In this document: piece by piece, positions 1 to 8,062 of the stretch
Layout: every line of letters begins with the position of its first letter
Position numbering within the stretch: the stretch's first letter is position 1
Origin: Planctomycetota bacterium
GTDB lineage: Bacteria; Planctomycetota; UBA1135; UBA2386
Length of the DNA stretch: 64,000 nt
Direction: 5' to 3'
Assembly: GCA_046290465.1 (NCBI GenBank)
Contig: JBKAGP010000001.1
Coordinates: 4,800,001-4,864,000 of the forward strand
Translations under genes and position numbers: made by a program
The notes under the pieces: model-generated
Databases searched by the model: none
What the model saw: only the letters and a program-made list of their open reading frames with translations
Told to the model about the DNA's origin: nothing

Positions 1-465
1 CGGAAGCGTCTCGACTATTTCGTCGGCCAGGCCGCGGATCGCGTGTTCGCGCGCTGGCGGCGGGAGCAGGCCAAGATGACCGACGACGCGATGCTGGCCG
101 TCGTGAACGGCTGGCTCGAGGCGCACGCGGCGACGGCGGTCGCCGGCGACGTGGCGGCGAAGGCGGCCGATCCGGTGGCGCTGCTCGCCGACCGCGCGGC
201 GCAGCCGCTGGCGACCGCGCGCCGCTGGAGCGCGGTCCAGGGCGATGCCGGCGCGCTGCTGCTGCCGCGGCTGCTGGTCGGGTGGCTGCGGCCCGACCCG
301 AGGATCGCCGGTGCCGACAGCTACGCAGCGGCGCTTGCGATCGAGATGCGCGCGGCCGACCGCGCTGGCGCGCACAGAAAGCTCGCCCTGCCGCTGCTGC
401 AGTGGCTCGCGCCGCGGCGGCCGGCGTCGTTTCGCGCCTGGATTCGGCGCGCTACGGGACGGTGA
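1..465 (+). CDS. Hypothetical protein, 3' part (runs off left edge)
   Basis: Frame 1 is open from base 1 to TGA 463-465 with GC3-biased codons; no motif recognised. Confidence 0.6.
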   Translation, partial: RKRLDYFVGQAADRVFARWRREQAKMTDDAMLAVVNGWLEAHAATAVAGDVAAKAADPVALLADRAAQPLATARRWSAVQGDAGALLLPRLLVGWLRPDPRIAGADSYAAALAIEMRAADRAGAHRKLALPLLQWLAPRRPASFRAWIRRATGR

Positions 466-572
466 TCGGCGAGGCCTGCAGAACACGCCGCGCACGACGA
501 ACCTTGGTTCGGCGCGCTACTGGACGGTGATCGGCAGCGCCTTCGGGAACACCGTGCGCACGAACGAGAACC
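443..572. repeat. Degenerate 65-bp tandem duplication of the 3' end of the FG-GAP gene
   Basis: ttcggcgcgctac(g/t)ggacggtgatcggc at 443-470 and 508-535, followed by diverged gaacac..gcgcacga..acc in both copies. Confidence 0.85.
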
Positions 573-2403
573 GCGGGATGTCGAGCGTCACCGCCGTCGC
601 GTAGAGCGTCGTGCCGGGCAGGCCGGGGACGACCGGCATGAACAGCGGCGACGATCCGGCGCCGTTGGCGTCGAGCACGCCGACCGAGTTGGGCAGCAGC
701 TGGTTGCCGACCGACAGGGTCAGCGAGCACAGGCCGTCGAACCACAGCGGCAGGAACTTGTTGTCGGGCAGCGGCGTGACCGGGTTGTCCGAGAACGACA
801 GCATCATCAGGTAGAGCAGGCCCTGGTCGCCCGGGATCGACACGTCGAGCGTGGTCGTCTGGCCCATCACGACGGGGCCGCCGACGGTCAGTTCGGGCTC
901 GACCAGATCGACGATCTGGTTGGCCGGCACGTCGTGCAGGTACTGCACCTGGCCCGACGGCCAGCGAACGGTCACCAGGTCCGCCTGCGTCGCCTGGCCG
1001 AGGCCGAAGTTGAGGCGCGGGTCGGAGCTGCTCTGGTAGCCGACGCCGTTGCGCACCCACTGGCGCTGCACGTGGCTGCCGGTCTCGACGACGACGCGCG
1101 TGCCGAAGCCGTTGCGGTTGCTGACGCGTCCTTCGGCCGCGAACTTGATCCAGTTGCCGCCGACGACCTCGTTGCGATAGACGGCGGTGCCTTCGGGCGC
1201 CATCAGCGTCGGGAAGCCGGTGCTGAAGCGCTCGAGGATGTCGATGCGGCCGTCGTCGTCGAAGTCCGCCATCACGTTGGTGAACTGGAACGTGTCGTGG
1301 TCGAGGCCGAGCGTCGGCGCGACGTCGGTCCACGGCACCTGCGCGGCGGCCGGCTGTCGCGGGTTGCGGTAGAGCAGGTTGAACCAGCCGTTCTGCACGA
1401 CGTGCAGGTCCTGCCAGCCGTCGTTGTCGTAGTCGAGCCAGTTGCACGCCCAGCCGACCGCGCCGCCCTGCAGGCCGTAGGTGTAGGTCGCGTTGAGGTA
1501 GGCGTTGGTGTTGGGGTCCCAGAGCTGGAACAGGTGGTCGATCGGCAGGTCGGTCACGTAGAAGTCGACGCCGCCGTCGCAGAACACGTCGGTGAAGTCG
1601 ACGCCCATGCCGTCCACCGCGATGTTGGTGCCGGTCTGCACGCTGACGTCCGTGAACGTGCCGTCGCCGTTGTTCTCGTACAGCTCGTTGGGGCCGAACG
1701 TCAGGCCCTTGTCGTTGCACAGGATCAGGTCGACCCAGCCGTCCTCGTTGTAGTCCATCCACGCGCTGACGAGCGTCGGCCGGGCGCTGCCGACGCCGGC
1801 GATCGCGGTCGTGTCGAAGAACCAGCCGCCGCCCTGGTTGTGGAACAGGCGGTTGGCGTCCGGCTGGCCGGTCGTCGCGTCGGTGCGCACGCTGAGGTAG
1901 AGGTCGAGCCAGCCATCGTTGTCGTAGTCGCCGAAGGTGGCGCCGTAGACGCGGTCGTCGACGAGGATGCCGCGCATCTGGGCCTGTTCGGTGAACGTCA
2001 TGCCACCCTGGTTGACGAACAGCTGCGTGTTGGCGTCGTCGTTGCCGATCAGCAGGTCCTGGTCGCCGTCGTTGTCGATGTCGGCCGCGACGCAGCAGCG
2101 CACCTCGTTGCAGATGCCGAGCCCCGAAGCGGCCGACACGTCGGTGAACTGCATGCCGCCATCGTTGCGGAACAGGAAGAACGAGCCGCCGACGGGCGAT
2201 GGCACCAGCGCGTCGATGTCGCCGTCGCCGTCGAAGTCGGCCGCGCACAGGCCCGAGCCGTTGCCCATCGTGGCGTGCGGCACGGTCGAGATGCCGAGCG
2301 GTGCGCTCTGCTTGGTGAACTGCTGGCCGGGCAGCGTCGCGGCCAGGCACAGGCTGGCGCCGAGCATGGCGCCGGCGAGATCGGAGGTTGGGAGACGTTG
2401 CAT
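517..2403 (-). CDS. Secreted FG-GAP/VCBS-repeat protein with ASPIC/UnbV domain (CRTAC1-like) plus ~120-aa C-terminal domain
   Basis: Repeated DxDxDGDxD/DYDNDGWxDL motifs; GYQSSSDPRLNFGLG...VTVRWPSG ASPIC motif; signal-like N-terminus; start uncertain. Confidence 0.9.
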   Translation of the reverse strand: MQRLPTSDLAGAMLGASLCLAATLPGQQFTKQSAPLGISTVPHATMGNGSGLCAADFDGDGDIDALVPSPVGGSFFLFRNDGGMQFTDVSAASGLGICNEVRCCVAADIDNDGDQDLLIGNDDANTQLFVNQGGMTFTEQAQMRGILVDDRVYGATFGDYDNDGWLDLYLSVRTDATTGQPDANRLFHNQGGGWFFDTTAIAGVGSARPTLVSAWMDYNEDGWVDLILCNDKGLTFGPNELYENNGDGTFTDVSVQTGTNIAVDGMGVDFTDVFCDGGVDFYVTDLPIDHLFQLWDPNTNAYLNATYTYGLQGGAVGWACNWLDYDNDGWQDLHVVQNGWFNLLYRNPRQPAAAQVPWTDVAPTLGLDHDTFQFTNVMADFDDDGRIDILERFSTGFPTLMAPEGTAVYRNEVVGGNWIKFAAEGRVSNRNGFGTRVVVETGSHVQRQWVRNGVGYQSSSDPRLNFGLGQATQADLVTVRWPSGQVQYLHDVPANQIVDLVEPELTVGGPVVMGQTTTLDVSIPGDQGLLYLMMLSFSDNPVTPLPDNKFLPLWFDGLCSLTLSVGNQLLPNSVGVLDANGAGSSPLFMPVVPGLPGTTLYATAVTLDIPRFSFVRTVFPKALPITVQ

Positions 2404-2576
2404 GAGGCGGAGGCGCCGTCGCGAGCGGGCGCCAGGGCGAGGCTTCGCCGGAGAAGTGTAACGCGGATTCACCGGCGCACGCCGTTGCTGACGCGCGCGA
2501 CGCGCCGAGTGTTCCGTCGCAGCGAATGTCGGCCGCCGTCTCGTTGTGGGACCGCCTCGTCGCTACCGTGGCGCGC

Positions 2577-3944
2577 ATGAACGGCACTCCATGCACGTCT
2601 CGCCCGTTCCGCGCCGTCCTCGCTCTCGGACTGCTGTCGCTCGCCGCCGCGCGCGCGCAGGAAGCTGCCGACGCGCAGCCGGCGTGGATGCAGTTGTTCA
2701 ACGGCAAGGACCTCGTCGGCTGGACGCCGAAGATCAAGGGCTACGAGGTCGGCGAGAACTTCGGCAACACGTTCCGCGTGGTCGACGGCCTGCTGACGGT
2801 CTCCTACGACCAGTACGAAGGCGGCTTCCGCAGTCGCTTCGGCCACCTGTTCCACGAGATGGAGTTCGCCGACTACCGGCTGCGCGTCGAATACCGCTTC
2901 ACCGGTGAACAGATCCAGGGCGGCCCCGGCTGGGCCTGGGCCAACAGCGGCCTGATGCTGCACGGCCAGCCGGTCGCGACGATGCAGAAGGACCAGGACT
3001 TTCCGGTGTCGGTCGAGGTGCAGCTGCTCGGCGGTCGCGCCAAGGGGGAGCGGTCGACCATGAACCTGTGCACGCCCGGCACCAACGTCGTGCGCGACGG
3101 CAAGCTGTTCACGCAGCACTGCCTCAACTCGCGCTCGCAGACGTTTCGCGGGGACGTCTGGGTGACCGCCGAGGTCGAGGTGCGCGGGGACACGATCCGC
3201 CACTTCGTCGACGGCCACACGGTGCTGATGTACGACGACCCGCAGCTGGATCCGCGCGACGGCGACGCCAAGCGTCTGCTCGCGGACGGTCGCGGCAAGG
3301 CGCTGCGTCGCGGCACGATCTCGCTGCAGTCGGAGAGCCACCCGGTGCAGTTCCGCAAGGTCGAACTGCTGCCGCTCGAAGCGCCCGGGCAATGGCTCGA
3401 GCCGCTGTCGGCGGAGAGGCTCACGGACCACTTCGCGACCGAGGGCAACTGGAGCCTGCAGGACGGCGTCGCGACGCTGACGCCGAGCGAGGGCCAGCGC
3501 GGTTGGCAGCGCTACGGCCACTACCTCTGGCTCGAAGGCGACTACGCCGAGTTCGAGGCGGAGTTCGAGTATCGCCTGCAGGACAAGGGCAACAGCGGCT
3601 TCTACTTCCACGTCGGGGACCGCGCGCAGCCGGTCGGCACCGGCGTCGAGGTGCAGCTCTACGCGACGCCCGAAGGCAAGCAACGCCTGACCGACCACGA
3701 CGCTGGCGGCATCATCCCCGGCGGCCCGCCGAGCGAGAACGCCGCCAGCCCGGCACCGGCGTGGAACCGCATGCACGTTCGCTGCGAGGACGGCGAGATC
3801 CGCGTCACCCTGAACGGCCGCCTCGTGCACGTGATGCCGCTCGACCACGACGCCATCAAGGACCGCCCCGCCACCGGCGCGATCGGCTTCCAGGACCACT
3901 CGCTGCCCCTCGACCTGCGCCGCCTGCGCGTTCGCAAGCTCTAG
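2577..3944 (+). CDS. Tandem DUF1080 (3-keto-disaccharide hydrolase-like) secreted protein
   Basis: LFNGKDLVGW, NSG, EVQL, GxIxLQSE / GAIGFQDH motifs occur twice; signal peptide; TACCGT box 7 nt upstream of ATG 2577. Confidence 0.9.
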   Translation: MNGTPCTSRPFRAVLALGLLSLAAARAQEAADAQPAWMQLFNGKDLVGWTPKIKGYEVGENFGNTFRVVDGLLTVSYDQYEGGFRSRFGHLFHEMEFADYRLRVEYRFTGEQIQGGPGWAWANSGLMLHGQPVATMQKDQDFPVSVEVQLLGGRAKGERSTMNLCTPGTNVVRDGKLFTQHCLNSRSQTFRGDVWVTAEVEVRGDTIRHFVDGHTVLMYDDPQLDPRDGDAKRLLADGRGKALRRGTISLQSESHPVQFRKVELLPLEAPGQWLEPLSAERLTDHFATEGNWSLQDGVATLTPSEGQRGWQRYGHYLWLEGDYAEFEAEFEYRLQDKGNSGFYFHVGDRAQPVGTGVEVQLYATPEGKQRLTDHDAGGIIPGGPPSENAASPAPAWNRMHVRCEDGEIRVTLNGRLVHVMPLDHDAIKDRPATGAIGFQDHSLPLDLRRLRVRKL

Positions 3945-3962
3945 CCCCGACGAAGTTCCCCG

Positions 3963-4034
3963 CAACCACCGCACGACCGGGCTCCTGCGCCGCGAAGCGG
4001 CGCAGGATGAACCCGGTTCGGTATGCGGTGGTTG
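3963..4034. repeat. REP-like palindromic element, copy 1 (degenerate left arm)
   Basis: ggcgcaggatgaacccggttcggtatgcggtg at 3999-4030 is identical to the copies at 27189, 31132 and 58311; lies between convergent genes. Confidence 0.9.
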
Positions 4035-4043
4035 GGTTTGCGA

Positions 4044-5702
4044 TCAGTCGTCGAAGGCGGTCTGGGCCTTTTCGAGGTCTTCGACGCTGCCGATGTCGAG
4101 CCAGCGGCCGGTCAGGGGCGTGGCTTCCAGCGGCAGGCGCTGCGAGAGCCAGGCGAGGAAGTGGCCGGGCGCGTCGGGGTTGCCCTCGTCGCTGAGGTAG
4201 TCCTTCACCAGTTCGGGCAGCGTCGGCGGCAGCAGGTAGACCGCGATCGCGGACCGGTCCGACTCCGGCTGCTGCGGCTTCTCGCGGAAGCGTGCGACGC
4301 GGTCGCCGTCGAGCAGCACCTCGCTGTAGCGGCCGGGCGGCACCGGGCTCGGCACCTGGCGCACGATCAGCTGGCCAGAGGACGCGACCCGGAACCGTTC
4401 GACCAGCTGCGACAGGTCGAAGTCGAACAGGTTGTCGCAGGCCATCACGAGGTAGCCGTCGATGCCGTCGGGTGGCGGCATGCGCTCGAGGGCCAGCATC
4501 AGGTCGCGGATCGCGCCGAGCCGCGTGTCGTTGCTCATCGCGCCGTCGTTGACGACGGTGATCGGCAGCGGCGCACGCGGCGAGCGTTCCCACGCCTCGA
4601 AGTCCGCGTGGAACTTGCCGTTGGTCACGACGACGCCGTCGACGACCGCGCCGGTCTTGACGACCTGCGAGACGATCCGGGTCAGCATTGGCTTGCCGTT
4701 GACCTCGAGCAGCGGCTTGGCCTGCTTCTCGGTCAGCGGGTAGAGGCGCGTCGCGAAGCCGGCGGCGAGGAACACCGCGCGGACCTGCGGCGACGGCGCC
4801 TCGACCTCGGGGCGCAGCGTTTCGCGCCTGGCGTCGCGGCAGGCCTGCTCGACCTGCTCGCGATGTTCGTCGTCGCGGCAGACCATCAGCACGCAGCCGC
4901 CCGAACCCGGCAGCTTGCACGCCGCACCGGCGTTGCGGCCGAGGTTGACGAGTTCGCGGTCGGCCTCCGCGATCGGGAACACGCGCGCGCGCAGTTCGAA
5001 GTTGCGGTCGATGCAGGCGCGGAACGCGTCGTGGTCGCCGGCGAGCAACGCTGCGCGGCCGGTGTCGGCGTTGCGCGCCAGCTCGTCCATGGTGGCGTGG
5101 ACCAGCTGGTCGCCGGCCTCGAACCGCGCGAACACCGGCCCGTGCACGTCGCCGGAGCTCTCGCCGGGCACGCCGTGCCACGCGAGCAGCAGCGGCGGCA
5201 GCAGCGCGGGATCGAGCCGCTGCGCGGCGCCCGCTTCGAACGGCCGCGCGAAGTCCATCACCAGCAGGCCGTCGTGCGCCTGCACCACGCGATCGAGCGG
5301 CCCGGCGCGGATGCCGAGCACTTCGTTCTCGACGTCGAAGGCGAGCTTCGCGATGCGGCGCGCGCCGAGCGGCAGGCCGAACCAGCGGCTCCACGCGCGG
5401 AAGGCGGCGATGACCAGCGCGCTCGAACCCGACAGCCCACCCTGGAACGGGATGTTGCTCCAGAACGTCAGCTCGAACGGTCGGCTGCCGCCGTCGATCC
5501 CGGCCTGCTCCAGTTCGCGCTGCATCAGCGACCACGACGCCTTGAACAGGTCGTTCGGGAACGTGCTCGCGTCCGCCTCGTCGAGGCGCACGGTTGCGGT
5601 CAGGCGGGCCACGCTGAAGCCGAGGCCTCGTCCACCGTATCTGTCGGACGGGTTGCCGAGCAGGCCGACGCGCGCCTGCGCGGTTGCGGTGAGGGAGCTC
5701 AT
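4044..5702 (-). CDS. Glucuronokinase-like GHMP kinase fused to sugar-1-phosphate nucleotidyltransferase
   Basis: N-term ARVGLLGNPSD, IPFQGGLSGSSA, KLPGSGG (GHMP); C-term LAAGFATRLYPLT..KPLL, RLGAIRD, WLDIG (NTP_transferase). Confidence 0.88.
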   Translation of the reverse strand: MSSLTATAQARVGLLGNPSDRYGGRGLGFSVARLTATVRLDEADASTFPNDLFKASWSLMQRELEQAGIDGGSRPFELTFWSNIPFQGGLSGSSALVIAAFRAWSRWFGLPLGARRIAKLAFDVENEVLGIRAGPLDRVVQAHDGLLVMDFARPFEAGAAQRLDPALLPPLLLAWHGVPGESSGDVHGPVFARFEAGDQLVHATMDELARNADTGRAALLAGDHDAFRACIDRNFELRARVFPIAEADRELVNLGRNAGAACKLPGSGGCVLMVCRDDEHREQVEQACRDARRETLRPEVEAPSPQVRAVFLAAGFATRLYPLTEKQAKPLLEVNGKPMLTRIVSQVVKTGAVVDGVVVTNGKFHADFEAWERSPRAPLPITVVNDGAMSNDTRLGAIRDLMLALERMPPPDGIDGYLVMACDNLFDFDLSQLVERFRVASSGQLIVRQVPSPVPPGRYSEVLLDGDRVARFREKPQQPESDRSAIAVYLLPPTLPELVKDYLSDEGNPDAPGHFLAWLSQRLPLEATPLTGRWLDIGSVEDLEKAQTAFDD

Positions 5703-5749
5703 TGGGGCGGGCAGGATACCGCGCGATCCAGCGTCTACACTCTTTCGCC

Positions 5750-6928
5750 ATGAATCGCCCCCTCACCGTCGCCGTCGTCGGCACCGGGTTCCTCGCGCGC
5801 ACCCGCCTGACCTGCTGGCGCAAGGTCCACCACGCCAACGTCGAGACCGTGATGGTCTCGCGCGAACGCGACAAGGCCGAGCAGTTCGCGCGGGAGCACG
5901 GCGCGCACCGGGCCGCGTCGTTCGACGAGGCGATGGCCGATCCGTCGATCGCGCTGGTCGACCTGTGCGTGCCCAACCACGCGCACGCGCCGCTGTGCGA
6001 ACGTTCGGCCAAGGCCGGCAAGCACGTGCTGTGCACCAAGCCGCTGACCGCGTTCTGGGGGCAGGGCCTCGCCGACGGCGCGAGTGCCGACGAGGTCGCC
6101 GCGACCGACCGCAAGCAGATGCTCGATGCCGCAGTCGCCGATGCGACGACGATGGTCGATGCGTGCGCGCAGGCCGGCGTGCAGCTGTTCTACGGCGAGA
6201 ACTGGATCTTCGCGCCGACGATCGAACGCGCCGCGTCGCTGGCCGCGGCGTCGAAGGGTGTGGCGCTCGAGATGCGCGGCTGGGAGAGCCACTCCGGCTC
6301 GCACGCGTCCTACGCCCGCGATTGGCGCTTCGCCGGCGGCGGCGCGCTGCTGCGCCTCGGCGCGCACCCGATCGGCACGATGATCTGGTGGAAGCGCCGC
6401 GAAGGCCTGCGTCTGCGCGGCAAGCCGACCAACGTCGTCGCGGTCACCGCCGAGGTCGCCGACCTGTCGGCCGCGGTCGGGGACGCAGCGTGCGAGGTCG
6501 CCAAGGGCTGGGATCCGGTCGAGAACTGGGGCACCTGCGTGCTGCAGTTCGACGACGGCACGCGCGGCACCTGCTTCGGCAGCGACAACATGCTCGGCGG
6601 CATGCAGAGCCACCTGACCGTGCTGGCCAGCGACCACCGCTTCGAGTGCTCGCTGTCGCCGGTCGACACGCTCAAGTCGTATGCCGTGCACGAGGGCACG
6701 TTCGGCGACGAATACATGATGGAGAAGCTGCACGGCCAGGCCGGCTGGTCGACGCCGCTGCCCGACGAGCTGTGGCTGTCGGGCCAGCAGGGGCTGCTGC
6801 AGTCGGTGTCGGACCACCTGCGCGACGGCACGCGCTCGGACGTCGACGGCGACCTCGGCCGCGAGGTGGTGCGCGTCGTCTACGCGTCCTACGTCAGCGC
6901 CGTCGAGGGGCGGCGCGTCACGCTCTGA
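5750..6928 (+). CDS. Gfo/Idh/MocA family oxidoreductase
   Basis: VAVVGTGF, LCVPNHAH, GKHVLCTKP, GGGALLRLGAHP. Confidence 0.92.
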   Translation: MNRPLTVAVVGTGFLARTRLTCWRKVHHANVETVMVSRERDKAEQFAREHGAHRAASFDEAMADPSIALVDLCVPNHAHAPLCERSAKAGKHVLCTKPLTAFWGQGLADGASADEVAATDRKQMLDAAVADATTMVDACAQAGVQLFYGENWIFAPTIERAASLAAASKGVALEMRGWESHSGSHASYARDWRFAGGGALLRLGAHPIGTMIWWKRREGLRLRGKPTNVVAVTAEVADLSAAVGDAACEVAKGWDPVENWGTCVLQFDDGTRGTCFGSDNMLGGMQSHLTVLASDHRFECSLSPVDTLKSYAVHEGTFGDEYMMEKLHGQAGWSTPLPDELWLSGQQGLLQSVSDHLRDGTRSDVDGDLGREVVRVVYASYVSAVEGRRVTL

Positions 6929-6934
6929 CGTTCG

Positions 6935-8008
6935 CTACTTCGCGGCGGCCGCCCGCACGAAGGCCTGCACGGCGCGGTCCATCGGCACGCCCTGCGCGAC
7001 CGGCCACGCCTTCTTCGGCGCCTTGCGGACCTGCTCCAGCCACTGCAGCTGTCGCGGCGACAGGTGGCTCCGCCAGTTGTCGCCGCGCATCGCCGCGTTG
7101 ACGCGCGTCGCCTGCGCCCTCGTCATCGGAACGTGACGCAGCGGGCTCTTGTAGAGGTAGTACTGCTGCTCCTTGTCGAGCCGCGCCAGCTCGCGTTCCT
7201 TCGTGTTCGCGTAGAGCCGGGCGCGGTCGCCGATGACCTTGCGCGCCTTGGCCAGCTGCGCGTCCGTGCTGGTCCACACGAACAGGTCGCACTGCTTGTT
7301 GCCGGCGACTCGCAGCAGGTCGTCGAACGAGATCTGCGCCCGGTCATAGGTGACGCGCACGCCTTCCTTGCGGCCGAACCACAGCGACTCGGTCGCCAGC
7401 ACGCCGTCGAGGAGGCCGAACTCGGCCTCGCCCTCCCAGAATCATGACATGCCGAAGATCGCCGTTTCGGTGCGCTTCATCGGCACGTCGCTGGTGGTCG
7501 CGAGCAGCGACAGCCACGCCGGCACGTCACGCTTGCTCGCCTGCAGCGCGCGCACCATCAGCTTGCCGATGCCGGCGACGGTCCACTCGCGAGTCAGGCC
7601 CTCGGTGAGATCCTTGCGGTCGGCGTCGACGACCCGCACGACCGGGTTGTTCCAGGTGCGTTCGCCGTAGGCGTCGAGGGTCGCACGGTCGCGATCGCCC
7701 TCGGTGTTGTTGTAGATGCACAGCGGCGTGAACAGCGTCTCCGCGGCTTCGACGACGAGGGGGTGACTCAGAACCTGAGCACCGAAGTCCTTGCACGTGC
7801 TTCAACCGGGCACTTCCTGGAACAGGATCAGCAGCGGCTTGCCGGTCGCCTTGGCCGTGAGCCTGGCGGTCGGTTCCGAGCGGTTCCAGCGGACCTCGCC
7901 GAGCTCGCCGGGCTGGTCCTGTTGCTGGCACGGCACGGGGGTGGCGAGGGCGAACAGGGCGGCGGCACCGAGGCCGCCGAGCCGACGCGGAAGGTCTGGT
8001 CGCGACAT
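6935..8008 (-). CDS. Secreted thioredoxin-like (VPGUxxC) / MsrA-like fusion selenoprotein with two selenocysteines (U69, U189)
   Basis: ORF-track fragments 7802-8008, 7442-7639 and 6935-7402 share one frame interrupted only by TGA at 7802-7804 (LFQEVPG-U-STC) and 7442-7444 (IFGMS-U-FWEGE); a hairpin follows each UGA. Confidence 0.85.
7412..7429 (-). promoter_or_regulatory. Putative SECIS hairpin for the second UGA
   Basis: GAGGCCG-AGUU-CGGCCUC begins 12 nt downstream of UGA 7442-7444. Confidence 0.65.
7762..7783 (-). promoter_or_regulatory. Putative SECIS hairpin for the first UGA
   Basis: GGUG-CUCAG-GUU-CUGAG-U-CACC (bulged U, G in loop) begins 18 nt downstream of UGA 7802-7804; local codons GGT GCT GTT AGT break the GC3 bias. 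Confidence 0.72.
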
Positions 8009-8062
8009 GCGCGCATGCTACGCGCTCGCGGCGGTGAGTTGCGCGCGATCCGTTCGGCCGGG

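Noticed and set aside
443..572. Diversity-generating retroelement TR/VR pair
   Set aside because: Differences include indels and non-adenine changes, and there is no reverse transcriptase in the window
6935..8008. Pseudogene or three small separate genes
   Set aside because: Both stops are TGA, fall exactly at catalytic Cys positions, keep the frame and are followed by hairpins; Sec recoding explains this better
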